This document shows positions 14,061 through 26,704 of a stretch of 64,000 bases of DNA, piece after piece. The first letter of the stretch is position 1, and the number at the start of each line of letters is the position of its first letter. The notes under the pieces were generated by a model. The model was not told where the DNA came from. It saw only the letters and a list, made by a program, of their open reading frames with translations, and made no database searches. The translations under genes were made by a program, and so were the position numbers. This stretch comes from Eledone cirrhosa (Eukaryota), in contig OZ024740.1 in assembly GCA_964016885.1 (NCBI GenBank), forward strand, positions 408,890,001 through 408,954,000, read 5' to 3'.

Positions 14061-14756
14061 ACTGAGATTGTGTTCATGTAAATAAACATTTTTATAGAAA
14101 TTTTAAAAGTGATTAATCACCTTGAGAAGCCAAGCAAGGGAGATCACTGTTACAGTGCTGTTTGGTTCCTTAACCCTTTAGCATTTAAACCGGCCATATC
14201 CGGCCAGAATTATCTCACCTCTTTCTGTTCAAACCGACTGTAACTAGCCGCTCATACTGATGTTAAGGTATTGTTCTCAAAATGAATAATATTAAAATCT
14301 CATAGATTCGATATTGTGTGAGGTAAAGCCTTTACCATAAAAATATAATAGTAAATATAGAGTAAAGTAAATGCTAAAGGGTTAACCATCATCAGAGAAG
14401 CTTACTGCTTGGATGCTAAGATAAAAATAAGCTAAAACCTCATAGGTTTTATGCTTATAAACATCAGCTGACAAAGCTCATTTACATACAGATTAAAAGC
14501 TGGCGAGCCCTAATCAGTGATCGGAAGTGATATTCTACCAATGTTCAGCTTTTAGCTTATTTTTATCTTAGCATCCAAAGAGTAAGCTTCTCTGACAATG
14601 GTTAAGGAACCAGAAACAGCACCATAACAGTGATCTCTCTTGCTCGGTTTCTGAAGACCAGTGGTGATTGATCACCACTTTTAAAATTCCATAGTGAGGC
14701 TATAGAAATGTTTATTTACATGAAGATTTTGTATGTCTTAATATACAATCTCAGTC
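14061..14756. repeat. Long imperfect inverted repeat (fold-back element) interrupted by a piggyBac MITE
   Basis: Left arm 14061-14173 plus 14386-14456 is the reverse complement of about 14549-14756 (e.g. GGATGCTAAGATAAAAATAAGCTAAAA / TTTTAGCTTATTTTTATCTTAGCATCC). Confidence 0.88.
14174..14381. mobile_element. piggyBac-type MITE copy 3 (reverse orientation)
   Basis: TTAA|CCCTTTAGCATTTA...TAAATGCTAAAGGG|TTAA; perfect TIRs and TTAA duplication. Confidence 0.92.
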
Positions 14757-14973
14757 ACACACACACACACATCTGTTGTTTAACATGAGATACTTAGCAA
14801 AGCTGCACCATCTTTAGTACATATCTAGGTATAAAACATCTGATAATGATTGCTGATGAAAATGTAGTGAAGATGTATATATTAAAATATGTTTCTCTTA
14901 ATAATCTGAAAAAATTTAATCATGTCAACAACGATTTGCTATTAATATTTACTTATAAAATTCAATATTTCAG

Positions 14974-15029
14974 GGACATAAAGGCTGGTAACGTGTTACT
15001 GGGAACAGATGGTTCTGTTTATATTGCAG
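14974..15029 (+). CDS. OXSR1: OSR1/SPAK kinase exon (catalytic loop)
   Basis: CAG acceptor, (R)DIKAGNVLLGTDGSVYIA(D), GTAAGG donor; 56 bp; phases match both neighbours. Confidence 0.96.
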
Positions 15030-16681
15030 GTAAGGTATCTATTCTTCCTTCAACTCTTCTGCAGGACATGCTTTGAAGGTTATTAATAGGTATCACTATG
15101 AATGTTTGGAAATATTTAAATCTAACTTCTACTGTACTTTTTCTGGGAGAGCAGCATCCCAAAAAAGATATTTTAATACCTCATTTGTGAAATTTGGATG
15201 AATAGTTTAGAAAATATGACAATTTTAATGGTCTGCAAATTGGTCAAAATCTTGCCTAGTTAGGCCTAAATGAATAATTAGCCACATTTGTAATGTCATG
15301 TACATGGCTGCAGGATGTGTCCAATGAGAATAGCGGATTCACATACTTTTGCTATCACCAAATCCTTCATGTCTGCACACTGGATTTTGTGCCAAACCCC
15401 AATATTGAGTGTCAATAATTCCTACTGAAAGCGTGCCTCAATTGGTTTGTTGGTGCACTCTACCACTCATGGAGTTGACTCATTCACAATGTTGTCATGT
15501 CAGAACCCCTTTTGATGTAAATGCCAAGGTGGATAGCTGAAAATGTGGATTAGTATGATCTTGAGTTAGTATCTAGTGTCTGAATGTATGGTGTTCACTG
15601 TTGGAATTGCAATTGGCTGATAATCCCTGAGTTGGACATCTGGAACCACCATGCATGGTTTGCTTCTGTTTGTAAAGCAATTGATTCACTAGTTAAAGCT
15701 AGCTCAACCCATCCTTAGTGAACTTTAACAAGTAAGAAAGATGTCAACTGTCTCAGTCAGAGAAAATCATAAGGAGCAAGTCAAAAGTGTGCTGGCTCAA
15801 TGAGGAATTAAATCTGCTTCACAAATATGACTCTCTGGGAGTTTACATCACTGTGCAACTCAAGTATGTATATAGAATTACTGAACAGCAAAGTCAGGTT
15901 CTCCAAACTTGCTGGTCAACATAACATTTGGTTTCATTTCTTGCTCCAGGTATACCTTGTTGCTGTGTAAGAATTTGATGAGGAAAAAAATATGTAATTA
16001 AACACAGACTAAATCTTTAATAAAATAATTCACATATTTAATCCATCCTTCCATCATTAGTTCTGTAGTTACTACTTCCACTAAACTCACCACCAAGGTA
16101 TTGTGAGTGACCATGATCTAACACATTTGTCATTGAGGTGTTCTAACCATGACCATCTTGTTATACAAGTGCTGGTACCTTGATAAAATGTACCCAGTAC
16201 ACCCTGTAAAGTGTTGGTGCCATGATAAAATGTATTTTGTTCACTCTGTGAAGTGGTAATGCTGGTGCCACAAAAAACACATTCAGTACCTGTAAGGTGG
16301 GTGGTGTTAGGAAGGGCATCCAGCTGTAGAAAACATGCCAAATATGAAATATCATGTGCAAGATGAGGTCGCACTGTCTCATCTGATCTTGGACTACAAC
16401 TCATCCAACCCATGCTGGCATAGAAAGTGGACGTACAATGGTAATATGTTATCTTTGGGACTATATTATTGTGTTCCCTTCCTTTTTGATGGTGGCTGTT
16501 GTTTCTGGCTGATCGAACAACCACATAGAGGCTCTCATGTTGGCTTGCTCTCTAAAAGTAATTCTCATAAATATCATAATCTTTAATTTTTAACCATCTA
16601 TCTGGTAAGTCAAAGTAAGCTGTTGACATATGTAAATGGTGTTAAAGATTATCATAATATATCTTTTTATTTCTCTTATAG

Positions 16682-16791
16682 ATTTTGGTGTTAGTGCATG
16701 GCTTGCTACTGGAAAAGACCTGTCTCGGGATTCAGTACGGCATACATTTGTTGGTACTCCTTGCTGGATGGCGCCTGAAGTAATGGAGCAG
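16682..16791 (+). CDS. OXSR1: OSR1/SPAK kinase exon (DFG, activation loop, APE)
   Basis: TAG acceptor, (D)[42 protein letters not shown] donor; contains the WNK-target T-loop Thr (TFVGT). Confidence 0.97.
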
Positions 16792-17305
16792 GTAAGGCAA
16801 AGAAGTGTGAAGGAAAGTCATGAAATAAGTATATTATGAGAGGCAGCTGAGAAAGTGAATTACATCAAGCAAGTGCCATAGTCATTGAGGTGGATGAAGA
16901 TATCTTGCTTGAAGTCACGATATCTGACCCATTGAATTTCCTAATGTTCTGATGTGCTGGGGTAATCAGAGACATCTAGCCTCAAAGTCACAAAATCAGA
17001 CTCATGAAATTTGTTGTAGTTGTGTTGGAGTTTTGTCGCCTACATCGGTGGAAGGGGCCAAAACACCTGCAGAGTTACTTTATCACCTGATGTGACGTTG
17101 ACTCCTGCATGAACTCTCATCAACACAAATGTGTTTACCAAGTATTTGAAAGTCTGCATTCAGATAATAGAAATACATACACAAGTACAAGTAGTAGAAG
17201 TGCTGCAAGTATGGGGGAAGTTGAACCTTGTGAGATGTGACTAAATACCACAGGGCATTTTGTTTGTCACTCAGTCAATTTGCCCAATGCACAAGTTTAA
17301 TATTA

Positions 17306-17471
17306 ATCTGTATTATAAAAGAACACTGTCTGTCTGTCCAACCATCCGTCTCTCTGTCTGTCACTCAATTTATATAGACAGGGGGAGCACCAAACGAGAG
17401 ATATGTGCATAGAGAGAGAGAGTAAAAGGAACACTGTTTTCGAGGTGAGAGAAAGTTATGTTGCCTTCATG

Positions 17472-17504
<33 letters not shown>

Positions 17505-17621
17505 GGGGCGCTAAGCAAGAGATATTAAAATAAATAGAGAGAGAAAAGGAACATCATTTGTTTAGAGAGAGGGAGAGTGTGTATGTCATAGAAAGAGGGC
17601 GAAGACGTTGCCCTCATCTCG
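17306..17621 (+). mobile_element. Degenerate non-autonomous Helitron-like element
   Basis: A|TCTGTATTATAAAA...CTGTCTGTC 5' end; 3' hairpin GGGCGAAGACGTTGCCC followed by CTCG|T, a degenerate CTAG. Confidence 0.5.
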
Positions 17622-18015
17622 TAATAATAATTATGATAAATATTTCTTTTATTGTCTACAAGGACACAATAATTGGTTCTGATTTAAGTACAAAGCCAAA
17701 CCCAGTAATTTGGGTGGTGGGAATTAAATCAACACCAGTACTTGACTGGTACTTATTTTATTGGACCCAAAAAGATGAAAGGCGACGTTGACTTTGGTGG
17801 GATTTTAACTCATAACATAAAGAGCTGTAAAACAAATGCTGCGAAGCATTCTTTCCAACTCTAATGATGTAGCCAATCCTCTGTCCCCAGTTTCACTGAC
17901 CACAAGCCATATCAGCACCTGGGACTGGGTGGAGTTGAGGATGGTATCCTGTAACTGGAGACCTGACTCACATGCTTGCTACAAAATAATGGACTCTGCT
18001 AGTTGATAGTGTTAA

Positions 18016-18236
18016 CCCTTTAGTATTTGCATTACTCTATATTTACTATTATATTTTCATTGTAAAGGCTTTATCTTATATAATTATCTCACATAATATC
18101 GAATTTACGAGATTTTGATGTTATTTATTTTGAGAACAATACTGTAACGTCAGTATGAGTGGCCAGTTACAGCCAGTTTGAAGAAATAAAGGTGAGAGAA
18201 TTATGGCCAGATACGGCCAGTTTAAATGCTAAAGGG
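18016..18236. mobile_element. piggyBac-type MITE copy 4
   Basis: TTAA|CCCTTTAGTATTT...AAATGCTAAAGGG|TTAA. Confidence 0.92.
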
Positions 18237-18731
18237 TTAAACCAGGCAACAGGTTAAACCTATCAGCCAAGTAGGCCACTGTGGGATAGATTTAACTCAG
18301 AACATGAATACCCAATTCTGTCTGCCGGGGCCGCAGGGCAGCCAGCATATGGGTCCCCATTTGCTCGTAATAGTGACAGATGGGGTGAGCGAAATAGATG
18401 GAGGCAGTGACAGTGGGAGTTTGGTTCTTTTGTGTTCGGATCTGGTGTATATACACACTCAACTGACACAGCAACATGAATTAATATATAAAGGACATAT
18501 GTAAATATTTAAAAGGTGATATCACACTCTAACAACTCTACCAATTCATCTCCTAGGGGCATTATGTAGTCCCAAATACATTATGTCTGAAAAGAATATA
18601 GGAGAATGGTCAGTGTGTTTGGCGTATGTTTGCTCAATCATAAATCAGATCTGACCTTAGGCTAAACAACAACAATATAATAATAATAATGATGATGATT
18701 ATTAACTTGGTCTAATTAATTTCATTCAAAG

Positions 18732-18833
18732 GTAACTGGTTATGATTTCAAAGCTGATATATGGAGTTTTGGCATAACAGCAATAGAACTGGCCACTGGT
18801 ACAGCACCTTACCACAAGTTTCCCCCTATGAAG
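18732..18833 (+). CDS. OXSR1: OSR1/SPAK kinase exon (subdomain IX)
   Basis: AAG acceptor, [40 protein letters not shown] donor; 102 bp. Confidence 0.97.
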
Positions 18834-20569
18834 GTAAGTGATTAAACAACAGTACTGCAGGTTATAATTATTTTATAGCAGCAATTGAGAAAACTGAATT
18901 ATGTTCAATATTAAGACATTCAGTCTGATATTACATGTAGCAAAATATTGCAAGATATTGTCTAAAGTAAAAATATTACAGATATTGAAATTTAGTAGAA
19001 ATAGAATACTCATCCTTTTCCATTTTAGAAGGTTTTAAACCCCACTATCAGGCTAAATTTCTTTAGTAAAAAATATGGCGAAAGCTTCTATTTCTACTAA
19101 ATTTCAAACTTTGCTTGCTGTCTTCAAAACAAATGCTTGCTTTATCATTACAGATATTGTCTATAAAAATCAATTAATGATATAAAGATATTTCTTCTGT
19201 ATGTGTATTCATCCATCTTTGGAAGACAAATAAATATATATGAGAGGGCAGATGGCTGTATTGATAGATTACTGGACCACCAGCTGAATCAGGATTAGTT
19301 TTATGTTCTAACAGTGACCATGACAGCTACCTTTCAACTATGAAGTATGTTGGTGATATAGTTCAGAGTGTAGTAAATCCTTTGGCTTATAATAAATAGG
19401 AAGAGTGAAAAAAAGGGGGGAAGGGAGGTGCAAATTCTACACTCCTGTCAAGGTGGTATATCTCAGCTGTGCCCAACAGAGAACAGCCAGTGACATCTAC
19501 TGTATCACCCACTCTACCACACTGGGCTCCTTCCTCGGGCTGCATTCAGTCCTCAATTTTGCAGTGGAAAAAAAATTGTCTAGGAGGCACCAATGACACT
19601 AAAGGTCTTGATGACAGGCATGAAAAGGAAGCTGTTGGTCAAGTACTGGTATTTGGATATTATTGGGTTTGATCATATTGGTTAGAAAAGCTATCTGTGA
19701 TAGATCAGTGTCTTATCCAAATACAGATTTATTTTATTTGCTTAATGCTTTAGTAACCAAGGATAAGTATTGGCTTTATTGATTCCCATAATTCTAAAAC
19801 ATATTAACTTCTTTACATTAATCTTTTTATAAACATTGAATCAGTGTAATTTGAGAGATCCACTGTCATGCAGGTATCATTCTCACTAAGAAAATATTGC
19901 AAACCATGAGGAACTTTGTTGCCCCATAATTGCATGTGATTGACACCATATTACTACATTTATCGTATTCTAAACAGCAATATTCATATCCAACTTGTAA
20001 CTACTTGATTATATTGCTCTTTAGTATGTACATCCATATACATGTTCACAGATATATGCACAATATATCGTCTTACTGTTCTCCTGAGTGATATAATCAA
20101 TGTTTCATATGGTTGCCATTGCAGGAGCTGTGTGTTTGAAATAGTTAACTATCAATATCAGGGTGTGTAGTGAAAATTCTATCCAGTAGCTATTATAAAT
20201 GCTGGTAGCAGTTATGGACTTGAAAGTGTAAAGTTACATAGAAGTCAATTTTTAAAGCAGTGAATTGATATTAAATTTTAATTTGTAAACTCAAATTGTT
20301 TGTTCTTTCCTTTATGACTATAGAAATGAAATATTTTAGCTGTCTTAATTTTTTTATATTATTTATGTCTTCAGTTTATACCAGAGGAACTTAAAATATT
20401 TTCTCTAATGCATTATCACCATCAAATGATAACAGGAAAAGCATTAATTTGACCACCTTCTAAGAGCACCACTCTCTTTAACAGCACCATACTGGGAATG
20501 ACTTGGTGTTTGGAGTGTAAAAATAAAAATCTTTATCCCTTTTTCTTAATTTATATTTTTTCTCTCTAG

Positions 20570-20703
20570 GTTTTAATGCTGACATTACAGAACGACTCCC
20601 CAACATTAGACACTGGTGCACAAGATAAAGACCAATATAAGAATTATAGCAAAGTTTTCAGAAAAATGATAAATGATTGTTTAAGGAAAGACCCTGAAAA
20701 GAG
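20570..20703 (+). CDS. OXSR1: OSR1/SPAK kinase exon (subdomains X-XI)
   Basis: TAG acceptor, [44 protein letters not shown](R), GTACTG donor; 134 bp. Confidence 0.96.
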
Positions 20704-21804
20704 GTACTGTTTCTGACTATTTTAACCTCTTTAATTTCTATATTTATGAGGAAAGATGATTTTTATTTATTTATTTTTTTTTTTTAATATTGATGAATGA
20801 TTTCACAAATTGCCCTCTATTGTTTCATGAGCACAAATGTTGGATTCCATCTTACTTTGAACTTCATTCTTCATTTTTCTGTTTTGCGTTGGTTCACATG
20901 CTTCAGATGATAGCTGACATTGTCTACTCATTGTTTTTGTTTTTATAACCCTAGGAGCCTATAAATACATTTTATGATCACCTATATATTTTTGTAATGC
21001 AGTAAACTGCATCAATGTAGGTTTATATATATGATAAACTTGTCAACATGAATCAGGGTGTCTGGCTGAGTTTTACTGGAAAAAAATTCTGTTTATGGCA
21101 TTGTTTTAAGTGTGGTTGATTAAGTTTGCTACTAGCATAGTGGAGCACACCTTAAATACATTGTGCATGTCTGGTATATATTAATAAGGATAACGGATAA
21201 AGATCCCATAACTCCTTGTGGAATTGTAGAGGTACCGTCAAATGGCGTGTCTAGAGCACTTTTAAATCTGGCAGAGCCCAACCCTCTCCAGGAAATGAGG
21301 TGGGACGAATACCATAAAGCATTCTATCTGACGTCTTAACAACTCTGCCAATTCACTGTCTTATATATTAATATACTCTTGTAAATTAGAATAGGAAGAA
21401 ATTGACAGAATTTTTCTAAAACATGCCAACTTGTTGCTTTCATAGCATAAAAATAATCATAAGATGATTTGATTTGGTCATCTGGAACTGTTGCGGCAAT
21501 CAAGAATTATTGTAACGTTTTCAGTTTAGAGCAGTTCAGAAAGTATAAATTCTGTAACTCTTCTGTAACAGTCCATACTATTTTATATATATCATTGCTT
21601 CACACAATTTTGAGTATGAACTTCTCCTATTGAACAAAGTTTAATTATAATTCATAGAGATTCTCTGTTTATTAACAGTAAACGGTAAAAACATTTGTAA
21701 TAAGCCATATAGTATTTGTGGTTTTCGTATAAATAGAGGTGATAGAATGTGATTTGAATATATGTAATTGTTTCAATGATATCACTTTTCTCTGTCATCT
21801 ATAG

Positions 21805-21853
21805 GCCAACTGCTAAACAACTCTTGAAACATGAATTCTTTAAAAAAGCAAAG
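21805..21853 (+). CDS. OXSR1: OSR1/SPAK kinase exon (end of kinase domain)
   Basis: TAG acceptor, (R)PTAKQLLKHEFFKKAK, GTATAA donor; 49 bp. Confidence 0.94.
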
Positions 21854-22024
21854 GTATAAATTAATTTTATTTTATTTTTATTTTCCCCCTTTATTTTCTT
21901 TCTATTTTCTTTGTAACAAATTTTTTCCTCTAATCATATCAATTTTTAATTAGCCAAATAGAAATTAAATAAATAAATCCCTTGCTGTATTTGTCACATT
22001 TCTTTCTCTCTCTCTCAAACAGTA

Positions 22025-22240
22025 TCATCACCACCACCCTTTTTACATCCGTTCTTAGATGCCTTTTTGCATAGGTTTGGATGGGTCCTCTCAAAGATAA
22101 TGTCTTACCATTTGATGCATTTTTTGTCCCCTCCTTCGTAAGATTTAGTATGCTTAGATCAGCTTTCACCACTTCTGCCCGTGTCTTCCTTACTTTTTCT
22201 TTTACATGACTTGGCATTTCTCTACCCAGCTGTCATCACA
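22025..22240 (-). mobile_element. Degenerate RTE LINE 3' fragment
   Basis: Minus-strand RKTRAEVVKADLSILNLTKE resembles the C-terminus of the 13.3-kb element. Confidence 0.6.
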
Positions 22241-22273
22241 CACATATATATATCTATCTTATTTCTCATTCTT

Positions 22274-22309
22274 TCTTCTGATGAAGGACTAGCGTCTGAA
22301 ACGTTAAGA
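22274..22309 (+). ncRNA. Minimal type I hammerhead ribozyme motif (Penelope-type)
   Basis: TCTT-CTGATGA-AGGACTAGCGTCT-GAAA-CG-TT-AAGA: stem I TCTT/AAGA, full core, stem II GAC/GTC, palindromic ACGT stem III, GUU site. Confidence 0.72.
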
Positions 22310-22357
22310 CCCTCTTCCTGCTATTTCAAGCGTTAACCTAATATATTACTTCCATAA

Positions 22358-22725
22358 GGCACATGGCTTAGTGGTTGGAGCATTGGGCTTGCAATCGAAA
22401 GGTTGTGAGTTCAATCTCAGACTGGGGTGATGTGTTGTTTCCTTGAGCAAGACACTTTATTTCACATTGCTCCAGTTTACTCAGCTGTAGAAATGAGATG
22501 ATAGTAACTAGGGTCCATATCATTCTACGGCAAAAAAGCACCCAGCACTCGCTGTAAAGGAGGTTGGTGTTAGGAAGGGCATCCAGCTGTAGAAATCAAG
22601 CCAGAATCAGTTCCCATATGAGCAAGAGAAGGTCAGCTGACCGGACACTGCCCACAACAGGACAACTCGTCTAACTCATGCTAGCGTGGAAGAATGGATG
22701 TAAAAACGGTGATGATGATGATGAT
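22358..22725 (+). mobile_element. tRNA-derived SINE family B (CORE-like centre, RTE-type tail 1)
   Basis: TGGCTTAGTGG A box, GAGTTCAAT B box, CCTTGAGCAAGACACTT centre; tail CATGCTAGCGTGGAA...(GAT)n. Confidence 0.85.
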
Positions 22726-22797
22726 ACTGTACCAATTGTGTTGTTATTTCTGTTTACCTTTTACATACACACGTATATATATATATATATATATGGA

Positions 22798-23120
22798 GGC
22801 ACATGGCTTAGTGGTTAGAGCATTGGCCTTGCAATCGAAAGGTTGTGAGTTCAATTCTCAGACCGGGTGATGTGTTGTTTCCTTGAGCAAGACACTTTAT
22901 TTCACATTGCTCCAGTTTACTCAGCTGTAGAAATGAGATGATAGGGACTGGGTTCCCTATCATTCCACTGCAAAGTGGTCGTGGAGGTGCCACGGCAAAA
23001 AAGCACCCAGCACTCACTGTAAATGAGGTTGGTGTTAGGAAGGGCATCCAGCTGTAGAAATCAAGCCAGAATCAGTTCCCGTCCCACCCTTGCAAGCAGG
23101 GAAAAGCGGACGTAAAATGA
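22798..23120 (+). mobile_element. SINE family B (RTE-type tail 2)
   Basis: Same head as 22358; its 3' ~50 bp is identical to the end of the LINE at 13315-13787. Confidence 0.9.
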
Positions 23121-23126
23121 TGATGA

Positions 23127-23198
<72 letters not shown>
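23119..23198. repeat. (TA)n microsatellite, representative of many (TA)n/(CA)n/(CT)n/(ATG)n/(GGT)n tracts
   Basis: About 40 TA units after a SINE tail; other tracts near 10555, 27470, 31310, 34990, 36955 and 37470. Confidence 0.95.
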
Positions 23199-23200
<2 letters not shown>

Positions 23201-24464
23201 CCTGTCTGTACCAGGGTAATTGTCTTTCTTGCATGCTACATGTGTCTCCTTTTATACCCAGTTTTTCTGTTAATTCACCTGTACTTTGTTTGTTCCTGGA
23301 CTAGTGTTACACATCTAGTGGAGCATTGCTTCCTTTGTTTCCTCCTTTATCCTCTACATCTAATACCAAAGTCCTCTACCATGAAACAGTACTCTATATA
23401 CATAGACATCATACAATCTCCCTTTTGTTTGGAGAGAAAATCCATTTGTTGCCAGTAGAGGTAATAGCTCCTTGAACTGTATCCACCCTGCTATGCTTTC
23501 AGAGCAGTCCCCCTCCTCCCACTTCTGAGTAGGTTACCCAGGTAACAGAAGCTATCAAATTCTATGGTGCCTTCCAAGCATTGGAAAAATTATATATTTT
23601 ACATTGAGTACACCAAATGGAATTCCTACCTACTCATTTTCTGCATATCAAGCATAACCTTTCCCCTGGTGCCAACAGGGTTGTGTCTTCTTTTCTGCTT
23701 AGTAAAAGTTTTTATTTCTAAGTTCACACTCATAGGAATAAAAATGTGTTTGTAAAGCTACAATGGTTCAATGTGTGTTGATGAGGAGCACATTTGGCAT
23801 GGCATATCCTTTACTAAAATATATACATGATGGTGATCATTATCATCGTTTTTACAATGGGATCTTTTGAAACTGTTTTAAAGTTAGATGCCTCTTCCTG
23901 ATGCCATCACATTTAATTACTTCTTATAATTTGTAGAGCTATGGTTTATGTTTTCTAAAAAATTAAGAATAATGCAAATTAGGTTATAAATGGAGAAATA
24001 AAGCGACAATTTCATAAATGAGATTAAGTATACAAAAATTCTAACCTTGCATATATCTAATGGAAAAGTAAGCAGACATAATGATGGTGATGTTGACAGC
24101 AATATAAAAACCTGAAAAAATTTTGAAAAATGAAAATAAATTCTATGATCCAATCACTTTTGCCTAGAAACATTACGATGTGTCTTCATTTCTATTCTAT
24201 ATGAATTAAACTTGTTTGTTTTTCACCTTAATCATTCATTAAAATTTCAGCTGACAACTATTTTGCCCTCTTTATCTTTACAATCTGTCCTAGGCACAGA
24301 TCATTGACTTAGTTCTCTGGAATTCAACATATTTTATTTTTCACTTTACTATCCTGTTAAATGATTTGAAAGTTAAAAAAATATGTGCTGCTTACTGCAG
24401 AAGTAATAACAGTAAAATACATTAGATAATTTTTTACTGGATATTTAGAATCATCACTCTAGAG

Positions 24465-24820
24465 CAGTGTTTCTCAACTGATATTTCCCTGGAACCCTAG
24501 GGTTCTGCAAAAGGTTGCTAAGGATTCCATGAGAAACAGTGATAAATAAGTTTATGCATTTTTGAGTAATTTTTGTTTAATTTTATGTTTGTAATTTGAC
24601 TATACTTGTATGGCATATTGGTGGAAAATCCCTGGTTATTATAATAAAGGCTTCAACCTTTTATATTATTTACAACTAGGTCATTGCCACATGAACTACG
24701 ATAAAAATATAAAAGAGATAGATATTAATAATGTTATATAATCATTTTTATGCAGGAGTTCTTTGAGATATGAAGAGTATTTGAAGGGTTCTTGATGAGT
24801 AAAAAGGTTGAGAAAAACTG
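24465..24820. mobile_element. hAT (Charlie-like) MITE
   Basis: TIR CAGTGTTTCTCAAC / GTTGAGAAAAACTG; 8-bp TSD CTCTAGAG / CTCGAGAG. Confidence 0.88.
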
Positions 24821-26048
24821 CTCGAGAGATTTATGCTTCTCATTTTGAACACCACTACAATAAACTCCTGACAATCCTCTCTCTCTTGTTTTGCAGGTCA
24901 TCTGCCTTTAGCCTATATATACCATTTTATTCAGTGATATTCTTTATAGTTATCTTCTCGACAAGTTGTCTACTCTTAGTTTTTACCTTCTGTTACCTTC
25001 TTATTTCGAGGCAGCTGTGGAAAAGTTACTTCATTGCTTCTGTTCAGAAATGCCATAATTATAAAAAATTAACAGGCTCATATAGTTAGAGCTTATGGTC
25101 ACAGTGTTCAAACTTAGTATAAACCCAGTTGAATACTTAGACTGCTATGACATAAGTGGGGCAACTATGTAAAAATAGTTGCTACTACAATTCTAAATCA
25201 GATAACTAGATTTGTATTCTTTTTAAAGGCACTGTATGTCAGACCCAGACTTAAAATCTTGTTGATGGCATGTATAATAAATTCTGGCACTTTTACATCT
25301 GTATCAGCTTATAGTGCTTATAAAATCATTGCTTTGTGAACTACACAGATACAACACTAATCAATACTGTGTATAGACAAAATATAATTTTAATTGGTGG
25401 TAAGCACCTTTCCCATATGCAGAAGCTGAAGCATACATCTAGTATGCACCACCTTCCCTCCCATACATCTCCCTTGCTGTAATCACTCCACCCTTATATC
25501 TACCTATCCAATTCCCTATGCATTTCCCCCACCAAAGTCCCCAATCCATACCATAAAGTGGTTGTGTAGGTGTCACGATAAAAAGCACCCAGTCCACACT
25601 GTAAATGTGGTTGGTGTTAGGAAGAGCATCCAGCCATAAAAACCCAGCCAAAATCAGTTCTGTGTGAGCAAAACATGGTCTTCCAACCTGGATGTCTCAC
25701 AACAGGACATCATGTCTTACCCATGCTAGCATGGAAAATTGACATTAAATGATGATGATGATGATGATGAGAGCAAGATGTGTTTCTCTCACCTGTCTAG
25801 GAGGACAATAAGTCTGAATAATACTTGTACCATGGTGGCCTATTATCCAGCCCATACCAGCATGGAAAACATGTAAAACAATGATTATGATTCTGAGCTG
25901 TACCTTGATAAACCCAATGGCATTTGTTATTTTCATTAGAGAAATATAATGAAAAGAAAACTGAAATAAATGAAATGGAGGGAGCAGCAAGTGTTCTGGA
26001 AATGTTGATTGATTTAACAATTTTTGTTGCAACGTCCTTTTTTATTAA

Positions 26049-26256
26049 CCCTTTAGTATTTAAACCGGCTGCATCAGTCCAGCATTCTCTCATTTCTCTT
26101 TGTTCAAACTGGCTGTAACCGGCCACTCATACTGACGTTTAGGTATTGTTCTCAAAATGAATAATGCCAAAATCTTATAGATTCAATATTGTGTGAGATA
26201 AAGCTTTTACCATGAAAATATAATAGTAAATATTAAATAATGTAAATTCTAAAGAG
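26049..26256. mobile_element. piggyBac-type MITE copy 5 (reverse orientation)
   Basis: TTAA|CCCTTTAG start and degenerate right TIR; collinear with 14174-14381. Confidence 0.82.
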
Positions 26257-26650
26257 CTAAACAAAAAGTTAATATAATTTTTTGTGAACAATTCATATAT
26301 GAATGTATCAAGTACTCTTGTATTATTTTAACTTTATTGCTGTGTAATTGCTCAACTTCTGCTAAATAAATTTAAACACCACAGTAATATATTTTAAAAG
26401 AATAGTAGCAGTTTTTATTACATTTAAATTTTTCATCATTTTTTTAAAGTGGAACCTTTTAAACAAAAAACTGAATCTATTTTATTTGGAGATTTTAAAG
26501 CAACTACTTTTATATAATTGTTCCACTCATTTTCCATTGGAACATGAAATAGCCACTGCCATGATCCCTGTTTTTTCTTACCTTAATGTTATATATTTGT
26601 CTGTTTTATTCCACTATGTCTTATTTATTCACTGCTGTATTTATTCACAG

Positions 26651-26704
26651 GACAAGGCTTATTTAGCCAAGATGGCAGAATCTTGTAATGTTAAATCTCA
26701 GAAG
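26651..26704 (+). CDS. OXSR1: OSR1/SPAK linker exon after the kinase domain
   Basis: CAG acceptor, DKAYLAKMAESCNVKSQK, AG|GTAAGA donor; phase 0/0 fits between KAK and VKRVPGSS; weakly similar to vertebrate NKEFLQEK...AKK. Confidence 0.8.

Noticed and set aside
18985-19107. Short inverted repeat TTGAAATTTAGTAGAAATAGAA / TTCTATTTCTACTAAATTTCAA with CGAAAGCTT
   Set aside because: It may be a very decayed member of the hairpin class, but no CUGANGA core is recognisable.
22798-22870. tRNA gene
   Set aside because: The A/B boxes belong to a multi-copy SINE head that continues into CORE-like and LINE-tail sequence; there is no proper acceptor stem.
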